Positions 53,166 through 63,971 of a stretch of 64,000 bases of DNA are shown in pieces. Source of the stretch: Hyaloraphidium curvatum SAG 235-1. Its lineage: Eukaryota; Fungi; Monoblepharomycota. The notes below the pieces were generated by a model. That model worked only from the letters and a program-made list of their open reading frames with translations. It did no database searches and was not told the DNA's origin. Every line of letters begins with the position of its first letter. Within the stretch, counting starts at the first letter, position 1. The position numbers were made by a program, and so were the translations under genes. Where the stretch lies: assembly GCA_025558095.1 (NCBI GenBank), contig JAIVFI010000005.1, forward strand, positions 744,001 through 808,000. Direction: 5' to 3'.

Positions 53166-55221
53166 ATGGAAATGGACATCGACGTCGCGCCGGCCGCCGG
53201 CGACGCCCCCGCCGCCCAGAACGGCGCGTCCCGCCTCCCGAAGGCCCGGTCGGCCCCCTCCTTCTCGCACCTCACGCACTTCCAGATCCCGCTGCCGGCG
53301 CCCGCTCCGGGCAGGCCGCCGCAGAGCTCGCGCCTGGCATCGGATGCATACGATGAGGGTGCGCCATTTGCCCCCGACGGGCCGGCCACGCCGATCCTGG
53401 AACCCACCACGGTGTCGATCTCGAACCACTTCCTGGAGATTTCCAAGGACAGGCTGAGCGTCAAGTACGTCGGCAAGGTGGGTCTCATCTACAACACCCT
53501 CCCCGCAGGCTAAGGCTTTGATGGAGCTCATGGCTGATCACCCCCATGCCGTACAGGGAAACCACACGTACGACGTCGGGGTCATCCGCGCCAACCGCCC
53601 CTTCTCGAGCCGCCACCAGTCCGTCGGCTACTTCGAGGCCAAGATCCTTGATGCCGGCGCGCGCTGCCAGATCTCGGTCGGCCTCTCGACCAAGGACTTT
53701 ACCCTGTGCAAGCACCCCGGCAGCGACGGCAACTCCTACGGCTTCGGCGACGGCCGCAAGTCGCACGACGGCCGCGGCGAGCCGTTCGGCGGGAAGTTGG
53801 CGGCAGGGGACACAGTGGGGTGCGGGCTGGTGTTTGAGAAGATGCAGGTGTTCTTTACGCTCAACGGCAAGCACCTCGGTGGGTGGACGCGGCTGCCAAT
53901 GGGGAGCCCCTATTCATGTCTCACCCTTATTGGCGCTAGGCGTCGCGTTCAGGGGAGTGCGACCCGCGAGCTGGTACCCGTCCGTGGGCCTCCACAGCCC
54001 CGGCGAGCACGTGTCGGTCAACTTCGGCAGCTCCTCCTTCCTCTTCGACATCGACGGCTTCGTCGAGGACGAGCGGCGGCAGAAGCTCGCGCAGCTCGCC
54101 AGGATCCCCGTCGACATCCCCGGCCTACACCACCTCATCCGCAACTACCTCCTCCACAACGCGTACGAATCCACCTACACCAGCTTCACCTCCGCCTCGC
54201 GCGCCCCGCCCGATACTGCTGCCGAAGGCAACCGCGCCAACGGCCACCGCGCGCCCGCGGACGGCGACGCCGACGAGGCCATGCCCGACGCCCCCCGCGG
54301 CCCGGACCCCTCCGCCATGCTCTTTTCCCTGCACCGCCGCGCCGCCATCCGCCGCGCCGTCCTGGCCGGCCGCATCGCCGACGCCCGCACCGCCGCGCTG
54401 CGCGACTTTCCCGGCATCGAGCGGCTGCCCATCTACCCCCGCCTCCGCCTGCTGCTGCTCTGCCAGGAGTTCGTGGAGGCGGTCAAGGCCGGCGGCGACG
54501 CGCGCGACGACGCGTGCATCGCGATGATGACGGGTGGGGGGATGGCCGAGTACTGGCGCGAGGAGGAGCGGGCGGCGAGCGGGACCAAGCGGCCGCGGAC
54601 GGAGAAGGAAGGGAGGGGGGAGAGGGAGGAGGAGAGGAGGCTCCTGATGGACGTGGCGTCGCTGATGGCGTATGAGGAGCCGGGGAGGAGCCCGCAGGCG
54701 TGGCTGCTGGACGATGCGCAGAGGGAAAGGGTGGCGGACGCGCTGAACACGGCCATCCTTGGTACGGTGCTCGACCTTGACATGCGCTGGACGCAGCCTG
54801 ACGCTCCCCACCTCCAGCCTCGCTCGACCCGCCGTCGCACGCGGTCTACCCCATCTCCTCCCTGGAGCTCTTTGCCCGGCAGCTCGTCGTCACCCGCACC
54901 CTCCTCCGCGAAGGCTTCAACATTCCCCCCCCTCCCATCCTCAGCACCCCCTCCCCGCAGGGCCCGCCCTCGCCCGCCGCATCCCCCGCCCCGCCCGCCG
55001 CCGCGGTGCTCTCGGCGTCGCCCGTGTCGCAGCGGGGGTGGCTGTCGAACCTGCTCGTCGCGTCGCCGCTGCCGCTCGCGCCGCCGGCGGGGGGTCCGCC
55101 GAGGGAGGCGCAGCCGCCCGAGCCGCCCGAGAGGCTCGAGGTGGGGCCGCGGAGGGCGACACCCGAGGGGGGGAGGTACTCGGAGGACGAGCTCGAGGGG
55201 ATCCTGAACGAAGTTGCTTGA
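53166..55221 (+). CDS. RanBP9/10-like (SPRY-LisH-CTLH-CRA) CTLH-complex subunit, 3 introns
   Basis: SPRY (YFEAKI, GDTVGCG, VFFTLNGKHL|G, YPSVGLHSPGE.V.VNFG), LisH HLIRNYLLHNAY, CTLH RAAIRRAVLAGRI, CRA SLMAY.EP...QRERVADALNTAIL. Confidence 0.9.
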
Positions 55222-55411
55222 GTGGGAGGGCGCCTGAGGCCAGTTTCGCGGCGGAGCTTTGTCTTGATTGTATTGGCCACTATGAACGGTAGGAAGCGGC
55301 GTTGCTTTTGCATTCAGGAGCGATTATTCTGTAGGCAGAGGACTGATGGAACTTGAAATCGATTCAGCTTGATCACATTGGAAGCTGTCGCCGTCCGCTT
55401 CTGGCGCCCAA

Positions 55412-56449
55412 TCACAACTTCGTGTCCGCCTCGGGCCACAGGTCCAGCCCCAGCAGCTTCCTACCCAATGCCGTCAGCTCCGCCGTCTTCCCCTCCCTCT
55501 CCTCCTTGCCCCTCGCGTCTTTGCGCACCCAAGGCGCCTCGAGAGGCTGCCTCGCACTCCACGCTGCAACCCTCGCGGCACGAAGACGCTCCCTCCGCTC
55601 CAGTTCCCGCGGCGCGGGGGCCATGAACACGTACATAGCCATCCGCGGGCGCCCTGGGTCGGCAACGGCGCCCGAGGGGAGAACACAGCGGGACAGATTG
55701 CGCCCGTTGCCGTGGAACAGCAGCCGGCTCCAGATGATCAGGTCCCCGGCTTTGGTCGCGATCGGCACCGTCTTTGTCCGCGACATGTCGGGCCGCGGCT
55801 CGGCGGGGTCCGCGCGGATCCAGTTCCGCAGGATGGCCGTGTGCCCGGGGGCGCAGACGAAGCCGCCCATGTCCTCGTCCGTGTCCGAGAGCGAAAGGAC
55901 GCCCTGGACCGAGAACGGCATCCCGCGGAGGCACTTGCGCAGGTCCCTGGGCAGGTCCCAGTGCGCGAAGCCTTTGTCGTCGTCGAACTCGGGGCGGTCG
56001 GGGCGCACGGGGAGCTTGACGTTGACGCGGTCGATAGAGCACCAGAGCGTGTCGGTGCCGAAGAGGTCCGAGAAGGCCGCGTGGACTCGAGGGTGCTGCC
56101 TGATGTCCCAAAGTTGCTGCGATTGGTAAAGTTCGACCATGCCGTTCCGCTTGGGATCCAGAGGCGGGCGGTACCAGTCTTCGGGACTCGAAGCGTCCAT
56201 TTCGAGGAAAGACCAGACGCTCCGCACGAGCCGGTCCAGCAGCTCCATAGGCACCGCGTTCCGCACGATCATGTAGCCATTTTCCACGAAAAACTGGAGG
56301 TCCTCGGGGGAGAGCACTTTGAGGGGGGGGCGCGAAGCTTCGGGGAGATACAGGTACGGCGGGACGGTGGGGTCGCACGAGGGCGCGGCAACGAGCTCCG
56401 GGATGCCCTGCGTGTCGAGATACGCGAGCTCCGCCTCGCTGAACGACAT
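55412..56449 (-). CDS. Phytanoyl-CoA dioxygenase (PhyH) family 2OG-Fe(II) oxygenase
   Basis: LSPEDLQFFVENGYMIV, LWCSIDR, HWD, VQGVLSLSDT...GGF..PG.H, AGDLIIW...LFHGNG.N..RPR. Confidence 0.9.
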   Translation of the reverse strand: MSFSEAELAYLDTQGIPELVAAPSCDPTVPPYLYLPEASRPPLKVLSPEDLQFFVENGYMIVRNAVPMELLDRLVRSVWSFLEMDASSPEDWYRPPLDPKRNGMVELYQSQQLWDIRQHPRVHAAFSDLFGTDTLWCSIDRVNVKLPVRPDRPEFDDDKGFAHWDLPRDLRKCLRGMPFSVQGVLSLSDTDEDMGGFVCAPGHTAILRNWIRADPAEPRPDMSRTKTVPIATKAGDLIIWSRLLFHGNGRNLSRCVLPSGAVADPGRPRMAMYVFMAPAPRELERRERLRAARVAAWSARQPLEAPWVRKDARGKEEREGKTAELTALGRKLLGLDLWPEADTKL

Positions 56450-56872
56450 TTTGTGCGATTTAGTGGGGTGCAAACGGGACTGGGAGACAATGTGAAGCGA
56501 CAAAGTCAAAGACGGACATCACCGTTTGCACAGGAAGATCTTCACCACCGCGAGCGAGACGCGGCACATTCGAAGGGGATGCAAACATGGATCAAAACGT
56601 GACTTATGGGACACGGCGGTTGCGATAAGGGGCCAGTTTTTTGGAAACAGTGTGCCACCGATTACACCCAACGAGCACGGGGATCCGGGGCTGGCCAAAC
56701 AGTGGATGGGCGATGCTCAGGCATCGGCGGGTCCAATCCTGGATGGTGGAAAAGGTTAGCAAGATCGGCCGGAAGGGTCGGTCAGCGGGACTCACTGCGA
56801 TCAGGAGCCATCGCCGTAATCCCACGTCAAGAAAGGACGTGAAACAACCGCATCGCGCGGGAAGACGCGTCT

Positions 56873-57359
56873 TTAGCCACAAGCCACCCGAGCACTGACG
56901 CGTTTCCGTACCTTGCAGACGTTGAACTTGTTGCCCTCGGGGTCCTTCGCGTAGAACGCGTAGAACGCCTGCGGCCCCTCTGGGCCGCGCAGACCCGGCT
57001 TGCCCTCGTCCGTGGCGCCATTCTCCATCGCAATCTTGTATATTTCGTCGACCAGCTTGCGGGAAGGCGCCGCGAGGGCCAGCATCCACCCGTTACCGGG
57101 CGCGTGGGGTTTCCCATTCTCGGGGGTGTTGATTCCACAGACGAGGCCCGATGCCCCCATGTACATCATGCCGCGTCCGTTCTCGCCTATGGAGGGGCGG
57201 GATTCGGTGAGCGCGCGCTTGGGGCGACGAGTTTGGCGCGCTCGGAGTCATACCGTAGGCGAAGCCCTGCGTCACGCCGAGCGGGGCCAATACCTTGTCC
57301 CAGAAGGCCAAGGCCTTGGGAAGGTCGTTGGTGCCGATCGTGGTGTAGGCGACGGACAT
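56873..57359 (-). CDS. VOC/glyoxalase family protein (bacterial-type), with introns; the last exon probably lies further downstream (~56715)
   Basis: YTTIGTNDLPKALAFWD, PGNGWMLALAA, GATDEGKPGLR, FYA.Y.KDPEGNK. Confidence 0.85.
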
Positions 57360-57473
57360 CGTGGCGTTCAGGCGGCGATGGAAGGGGACGCGGGTGCTGT
57401 AAAGTTGCTAGGGGTTTACCGCAATGCCGTTTGAAGACTCGCAGAGCATGGGAGCAGCAAGGAGGCGGAGGGC

Positions 57474-58754
57474 GTGCCGCCGTCGCCGAGCTTCGGCAGC
57501 CTGCCGCACGAGCTCCTCTGTGCCGTGCTCGCGAGCGGCCGTCTCGCATTCGCCGACGTGTTCTTCGCGCGCTTCGTCTCGCGCGTACTTCGCGATGCCG
57601 CCAACGACGTGCTCGTCTTGCGCGTACGTCGTGCGCTGCTTGTCGATCGTGATTCGCGGGCCGTGGCAGCGGCCGTGCAGCTGGTCCGGGCGGGCGCAAA
57701 GCGCCGCGCTGGCGTGGACGGCCGCGAAATCCTGCGCGCCGAAAGCGTTGGAAACCTGCTGCGGAGGGCCGGCGTGCAGCTGGATTTGTTCTCCGCCATG
57801 GAGGTCCTCGTCGAGCTATTCGAGGCGCGAGGAGAGGCCGGCTCGGCCCTGGAGGCGATGGGGGTGTCGGCCGCCTCGCTCCGTACTTTCGTGGATTACC
57901 TAGCTCTGCGGAGACTGTTTCCTAGTACGGACCACGGGCTGGACATGCTGCACGCCACGCATCTGCCGACGCCGGACCTGGTGAAGGCCGTGAAGCTGGC
58001 GAGGGAGCTCGCGTTCGAGGACCGCTGGCACATCATCCACCAACTGCGGCACATCAGTCCCGACGATGCAGAGGACTTCTTCCTAGATGCTCAGAACAAT
58101 GATGTGCGGCGCGCCGGGATCCCACCCGGCGATCACGTACAGCGCGCGTTTGCGGTCTTGGAGCGTTCCTTCAATCCGACCAAGAAGGCCTTCGACATGA
58201 TCCTGAGATCGCCGTGGCCTCCACAAGACCGCGGTCGGCTTCTCGCTCTTTTGTCTAAAGCCGTACCAGAGGTTTCCATTCTCCTCGTCGGTTACCTTCG
58301 CCAGCTCCTGTACCCGCCACCACCCATGACCCGCGAGCAGGCCTGCGACCTGTTCTTCGGCATGACCTCGGAACTCGGCCTCAGGCCGATCGACTTCGTG
58401 CCCCGGCTCCTCAGCGGCGCCGTCTGGCCGGGGGACATGCCGATCCAGGTCTGGGACCTCCTGACCGGGCAACGCCCCGGCCCGGCTGACATGTACCGCC
58501 TCGTGGAGGACCTCATCTTCGGGGCCCCATGTTGCGAAAAGGCCGAGCGGTTCGTGCGCGAGACGGCGGAGCTGCCGTGGGGAAAGGCGGTGCACGGATG
58601 GGCCTGGGCGGTGGTGCCGCAGCGGCAGCGCGAACTCGCGGCCATGCTCGGGGCCGTGCCGGGGGCCAGGGAGCGCCTGGATTGGCTCATGCGGGAGTAC
58701 CGCACGCCGGTGCCGGACTGGCTCAGAGATCCTCGAGCGACGTATCGGCAATAG
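57474..58754 (+). CDS. F-box-like N-terminus hypothetical protein; no in-frame ATG upstream (possible frameshift)
   Basis: SFGSLPHELLCAVL...FFARFVSRVLRDAA resembles an F-box. There is an in-frame TGA at 57432 and the nearest ATGs (57424, 57448) are out of frame. Confidence 0.55.
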   Translation: MPPSPSFGSLPHELLCAVLASGRLAFADVFFARFVSRVLRDAANDVLVLRVRRALLVDRDSRAVAAAVQLVRAGAKRRAGVDGREILRAESVGNLLRRAGVQLDLFSAMEVLVELFEARGEAGSALEAMGVSAASLRTFVDYLALRRLFPSTDHGLDMLHATHLPTPDLVKAVKLARELAFEDRWHIIHQLRHISPDDAEDFFLDAQNNDVRRAGIPPGDHVQRAFAVLERSFNPTKKAFDMILRSPWPPQDRGRLLALLSKAVPEVSILLVGYLRQLLYPPPPMTREQACDLFFGMTSELGLRPIDFVPRLLSGAVWPGDMPIQVWDLLTGQRPGPADMYRLVEDLIFGAPCCEKAERFVRETAELPWGKAVHGWAWAVVPQRQRELAAMLGAVPGARERLDWLMREYRTPVPDWLRDPRATYRQ

Positions 58755-58815
58755 AGGTCTTCTCTTTTGCGCAGATGGCAACACACTGCGACTGCGCCCC
58801 CAAGCGTGTCGCTCT

Positions 58816-60128
58816 CTAAGTGTCCGACTCGTCCGAATCATCGCCGTCAGGCAGGTCCGCGTCTCTTTGTTCACCCCTCCGCGCCAGTACGTGACGGTCG
58901 CGCCCGGCAGTGACTCCCAAAAGCGCATCTCCCGCTTCAGCGCCCTCAGGAACGCCTTCCTCGGGCGTTCCCCGTCCTCGTCTTCTTCGGAGCAGAGGAG
59001 GCTCAGAACGAGGCGGATTTTCCGTCCCGTGAGCGTGGCGGCTATTTCATCCAGAAGCGAGGCAGGCCGCCCAATGACCGTGAGCGTAGAGGTTCGGAGC
59101 TCCTCAAGGTTGCGGGGTAGGCCGATGAGAAGGTGGTGCTCCACGACGATCTGGCCGAGGACGAGCTTGCGCAGCGAGTCCAGGCCCACAAGCATCCGCC
59201 ATTCCGCCTCTGATGGAGCTGCCAAGCACTCGCTGTCCTCGAACTGATCGATGGCCTTCGGACTGAACCCTTCCAGAGCAAAAGGAAGCCACAGGTCCGG
59301 AAGGTAGCTGTACGTCCACGTGTGCATCTTCTCAACGAAAACCCGGGGCAGCATTTCGCCCAAGCCACCGTTCCGCAGGTCCGACAGCCGCCACAGCCCG
59401 CAGTCGACCGATTTCAGGGCCGGACATGCGTTGGCGACGGCGCGAAACAGGGTGCGGTTGGGCGTTCCCACGAATGCGAAATGTTTTAGCCGCGGAAACC
59501 GCATCGAAAGGTTGCGGTAGTCTCCGTCGTCCTGCTTCGCGTCCCAGATCTGAACCCGCAGCCGTGCAAGGTTCCTCGTTGCAAGGTCTCCAATGATCCA
59601 CCGTAGATCTTCCAGCGAATGGAACGAGAACGAGGCGTCCTGCACGGATTCTCAGGCCCGCACCAGACCCCTGAGTGCGTCATGGAAGTCGTAGTGCCAG
59701 CAGGTGAAATCGCGGACCAGGGTCCGCACGAACGCGAATCTGTTGCCGTCGTAGCTAGAACACCATCGGCATGCGAACCGTTCGACGGCGGAAGTACTGG
59801 GGCAGAACATGTCACGGAGGTCGAGCTCGAGGTGGAAGAGCGGTGTCACGAGGTCGCGGTACGCCTTGCAGGCCAGCATCATGCGGAGCAGGGTGGGAGA
59901 ACGCGGCGCAAAGTACTCGGCGACCCTCAGAATGAGCTCAGGTGGCAGCGATGGGACGTTTGCGGCGACGGAATCCGAATGATGCTCGGCCGACGCGACC
60001 GTCCCGCGCTCCGCCTGCGCCAGCCGCTCATGGAGGGACACGACCGTGGCGAGTAGCGAAGATATTTCGGCGCGGAGCCCGTCGTTCTCGGCCCGAAGGA
60101 GCTCGTTTTCGGCCGCAAGCGAGGTCAT
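58816..60128 (-). pseudogene. Coiled-coil/F-box/LRR gene with an in-frame TGA (59652-59654) and an apparent 3' frameshift
   Basis: F-box VPSLPPELILRVAEYF...LLRMMLACKAYRDL; the frame continues past the TGA (VRA*ESVQDASF) into LRRs (FPRLKHF, CPALKSV); the natural acidic tail DLPDGDDSDESDT* is in another frame after a G-run. Confidence 0.75.
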
Positions 60129-60525
60129 TTCTGGAGCGGAGTTGCAGGGGCGGCCGTCCCGGGAAGTCATTTCGCCTCACCTCGGGCTGGACGAAACTGG
60201 ACGGCATCTCCAACGAACCGTGGCAGCCTTCCTCTTTTCAGCTCGGAATCCTAAACACGGTTGCGGTAAGGAACCGCGATTCTGGATGTTTCGCCGTGCG
60301 AAACCAGATCCCGTCTATGTACACATGTATCCATCTCCGTTGAACCTGGATGGAACTGGACGCAGTCTAGGTCAAGCCAACGAGGTTGTTCATGTTTTCA
60401 TGTCACCATCAATCGTCCAATTGCGGTAAGGGACCGCGCCCCTCGACCTCTCGTCCCGCCCAGCCCGAGCGGTCTGGCCGGCTTCCTCCTCGGCCAGCGG
60501 AGGTCCCACCGCGGCTGCCCGCAGG

Positions 60526-62100
60526 CTACGCCGGACAGTAGCTCTCCCACACCACCCCCACACCCACCCCCCTGAGCACGCCCCACACGCCGAACGTGAC
60601 GGTGACCACCCCGAGGAATAGCGCGCGGATGCTCCCGAACCCGACCTCGAACGCCAGGAACTTCGCACCCCCTCCGCCCCGCGCGAGCCGGGCGAGCACC
60701 CCCGCATGGGCCTGCACGTGGCCCAGCGCCGCCGTCGAAGCCGGCGGACTGCAGGCCGGCTGCGCGGCGAGGAGGTCCCGCGAGAGCGAGTCCAGCGCCG
60801 AGGCGTGCAGCGCGCACAGGGAGGCGCCCTCGGCGTTGAGCACCGCGACGTTCCAGAGGTCCATGAAGAGGATACCGAGCAGCCATGCCAGCACGACGAT
60901 GGTCCCTGCGGGGAGGCACTGGCCCTCGATCTGCGGCGGGCGGGGAGGAAGCGGGTGAGAAGGCGGTGCGGGCGGGCAGCAATCAAGGACGAAGGTACGC
61001 ACAGCGTTGGCGGCGCCGCAGAGCACGAACAAAGCGATGTTGCGGAGCGTGGTGCTCGGGTGGAAGGATGCAGTGGTGCCCGCGCGGCACTGCGCGGCCA
61101 GGAGGGGACCCAGCGTCGCGTACTCGGATGCATCGGGCAGGTCCGCCTTACCGGCCAGCACGGCACGGCAGCTCGCCAGCATCCGGGAGAGCGTGATGGT
61201 CACGGCGCGAAGTCGCAGCCTCGAGGTGAGGCGAAGCGACGATGGTGTCGCCTCGATGCCGGTGGCCCCCGTGGCGAACAGCAGTGAGGGCACCTGCACG
61301 GCGAGAAAGACGGCCAAAAGAGCAGCAGACCAGGGCTGCGACCATGTGCGCGACGCGAGTGTCACGACTGGCGTCCAGCACATGGCGAGGAAGCCGGTGA
61401 CCCTCATGAGCACGAACCAAGCCATGGCAGAGAGCCGCTCCCGCGGGATCCGGGAAAGCAGAGCACCTCCGCAAGTAGATTGCGGGCACGGGCACGCCGG
61501 ATCGTCCGCGTCGTGTGTCAGCAGACTTGACGACTCGCCCAGCCCGCCGAGTTCCTCGTTGGCCCCCTTGGTGCGGTTGCCGACGAGCGCGGCCCACCGC
61601 ACTATGCCCGCCAAGCTTCCATTGAGGACGAGATGTCTGGCAAGAGAAGCCCTTCCGGCTAGCACCGCCGGCGAAGGAAAAAGAACCGCGAGCGGGTTGC
61701 GCTCCTTGTCACGGCGCGCATAGAAGACCGCGTAATTGTACACGGCGATCATGTACCCCAGCATTGCCGTGACGGTTCCGACGGCGAGGCTCGCGGTTGT
61801 GAAGCCGCCTGTCCCGGCCGCAATAACGGCGCCGACCACGAGGCAGCCGCACGCTCCGGCGGCGTGCAGCAGCAGCAGCGTCGGTGCGGCGACGGCGAAG
61901 TCAAAAAGGGCAAGTTGGAATCGCACGAGTCCCGTGAGGCGTCCGAACGGCGCGAGGGCCTTGGCCGCGTCGCCCGCCGTCACGTCCGCCCTCGCGTCTC
62001 CCGCGGGGTCCACCGCAGGCAACGCGTCGAACGGCGTCCCTCGCGACGGCAACGCCACCGGGAGCAGCGCCGCGTACTCCAGGCTGTCAAAAAGCGGCAT
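60526..62100 (-). CDS. Multi-pass membrane protein, 7TM family (copy 4); probable in-frame intron ~60931-61002
   Basis: HDADDPACPCPQSTCGG loop; C-terminal KFLAFEVGFGSIRALFLGVVTVTFGVWGVLRGVGV...YCP. Confidence 0.85.
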   Translation of the reverse strand: MPLFDSLEYAALLPVALPSRGTPFDALPAVDPAGDARADVTAGDAAKALAPFGRLTGLVRFQLALFDFAVAAPTLLLLHAAGACGCLVVGAVIAAGTGGFTTASLAVGTVTAMLGYMIAVYNYAVFYARRDKERNPLAVLFPSPAVLAGRASLARHLVLNGSLAGIVRWAALVGNRTKGANEELGGLGESSSLLTHDADDPACPCPQSTCGGALLSRIPRERLSAMAWFVLMRVTGFLAMCWTPVVTLASRTWSQPWSAALLAVFLAVQVPSLLFATGATGIEATPSSLRLTSRLRLRAVTITLSRMLASCRAVLAGKADLPDASEYATLGPLLAAQCRAGTTASFHPSTTLRNIALFVLCGAANAVRTFVLDCCPPAPPSHPLPPRPPQIEGQCLPAGTIVVLAWLLGILFMDLWNVAVLNAEGASLCALHASALDSLSRDLLAAQPACSPPASTAALGHVQAHAGVLARLARGGGGAKFLAFEVGFGSIRALFLGVVTVTFGVWGVLRGVGVGVVWESYCPA

Positions 62101-62261
62101 GACCGCGGTCGATTGGGGGAAACTCGCTCTGCATGAAATCTCTTGCTTCGGACTGTTCATCTGGTTGGCACGAGATCTGTCGCCGCAGGTGCCCGTTGAT
62201 CGTTCGTACCATCGCTCATTACTGGGCACCCAAGGTCCCGGCTGCAGGCATCAACGACCCT

Positions 62262-63971
62262 TCATGCGCTCGTCTCCGGCCCATCCACCTCGGCGGCCCT
62301 CCGCCCCTTTGCCTCCCTCGCCTTGTCCTCCACTTCCCTGAGCACCTCCTCTGCCCTTTTCTGCAGCTCCCCGTCCCCCGCCTTGCCCGCCGCCGCAACC
62401 AGCTCCTTCAGCTCCGTCGCCGCCTGCGCGTACCATCCCTGCGCCTCCAGGATCACGGCATGGTTGAACCCGGCCGCCTTGAGGCATTCCGCGCACGCCG
62501 GCTCCCGCGGCCGCGACTCGGCCAGCAGCTTCGCCGACTCGGCCCACTGCCGTGCCATCCTCAGGTCCGCCGCATATCCCGTCGCCTTGGGCCCCATGCT
62601 TTTCGCCAGCGGCGGCGGCGACCCGTCCGGCAGCGGCGCCTTCCTCCTCGCCTGCCTGTACACGCCATCGGCGAGGTTGCACATGATGGTCGCGCGGCGG
62701 CACACGGCCTGCCGGTCGTGCTTGTCGGCCCAGGTGAGCGCGGCGTAGAGGTGGTAGATCCCGTCGCCGTAGCTCCCGCGCGCCGTTGCCTCCTCGAGGG
62801 GGTGCCGCAGCGCGGGCGGGACGGCATCGTTACCGGCCTCGATGTGGGCGGCGAGCTTGATGAGGAGCACGCCGACGGCTTCCTGGCCGAGCGAGACCTC
62901 GAGGGGCGTGAGCCAGGACGGCGGGTTAGGGGGAGTGAAGGGGAGCCGGGGACGTTGTCGGGCGGCCTGCGAAGGGGCCAGCTGGGAAGGGACGGCCTGT
63001 GAAGGGGCCGGCTGGGAGATATCCGCCGGGGGAGCGGCACTCGAGCTGTCGCCAGCCACCGAGCCGGGCCCGCCATCGGCGTTCGGTCCCGCGACACGTG
63101 GCGCCGACGCCTCGGCCGCCGCCGCCGCGCCGTCCTTGGCGTTCGGCGCCGCGTCCATCCGAGCGACCGTCTGCAGCAGCGCCGCCCGCCGCTTCCCGTA
63201 GTCCTGCACAATGCTCTGCATCTCGGGCCGCGTCCCAGGCTCCCGGAACGACGGCCACATGTCCGCCAGCGTGAGCTTCATGAAGGTCGCGATGGCCACG
63301 GCATCGGGCGCCGGCGGCGCCTCCATCGAGTTGAACAGCTCGATGATCTGCATGCCCAAGGCAAACTGCCGCCGCCAACGGCGCTCCCTATCCTCCTTGG
63401 ACTCTTTTCCCAGGGCATCGGGGCCGATGGCGCCCGCCTCGAGCGCCCCCAGCGCGCGCTGCAGCACCTTGGCCCCGTCCAGCGGACGCCCCATGCCCTC
63501 CAGCAGCTCCGCCTCGCGCACAAACAACCCCACCATGCCCTCGGAATGGCCCGGCATGCCGCCCTCGAAGGCCGCGCGGGCCGCCTGCTCGTACAGCGAG
63601 ATCGCGGCGTCGGGTACGTCTCCCCGTGCGTCCACGATTGCCGCCCGCTGCAGCAACTTGAGGGCCTCGGGCGGAAAGGCATTCAAGTCCCCGAAGCGGC
63701 GCGGGAGGAAGGCGTCCGAGGCCCAGATCAGGCCGGCGGCGCCCAGCGCGGCGAACATCAGCCGGCGGTGGGCCGCGGAGGGCGCGGCGTGCGGGGCGTC
63801 CCGCGGCTCGGTGCCCGGCCGGTAGAGGAGGAGCGTCGTGCGGTTCGGGCGGGCCGTGACGATCCGGCGGTGCGGCAAATGGTGCGAAGATGCGGAGTTG
63901 CGTGGGCCGGGAGGGTGGCGCCCTCCCGGCCCGGCAAAAGCGCCGGGCACCGGACGCCCGGCCAGCAGCAT
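62262..63971 (-). CDS. TPR protein, Mgr3/TTC19-like (mitochondrial); start uncertain at the window edge
   Basis: Arg-rich leader and a TM segment, then FPPEALKLLQRA...AISLYEQAARAAFEGGM...VGLFVREAELLE; C-terminal TPRs (IMCNLA, AGFNHAVILE). Confidence 0.65.
   Translation of the reverse strand: MLLAGRPVPGAFAGPGGRHPPGPRNSASSHHLPHRRIVTARPNRTTLLLYRPGTEPRDAPHAAPSAAHRRLMFAALGAAGLIWASDAFLPRRFGDLNAFPPEALKLLQRAAIVDARGDVPDAAISLYEQAARAAFEGGMPGHSEGMVGLFVREAELLEGMGRPLDGAKVLQRALGALEAGAIGPDALGKESKEDRERRWRRQFALGMQIIELFNSMEAPPAPDAVAIATFMKLTLADMWPSFREPGTRPEMQSIVQDYGKRRAALLQTVARMDAAPNAKDGAAAAAEASAPRVAGPNADGGPGSVAGDSSSAAPPADISQPAPSQAVPSQLAPSQAARQRPRLPFTPPNPPSWLTPLEVSLGQEAVGVLLIKLAAHIEAGNDAVPPALRHPLEEATARGSYGDGIYHLYAALTWADKHDRQAVCRRATIMCNLADGVYRQARRKAPLPDGSPPPLAKSMGPKATGYAADLRMARQWAESAKLLAESRPREPACAECLKAAGFNHAVILEAQGWYAQAATELKELVAAAGKAGDGELQKRAEEVLREVEDKAREAKGRRAAEVDGPETSA

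Noticed and set aside
59652-59654. Selenoprotein call for the F-box/LRR gene
   Set aside because: There is no redox motif, no SECIS was recognised, and a second lesion (frameshift) favours a pseudogene.
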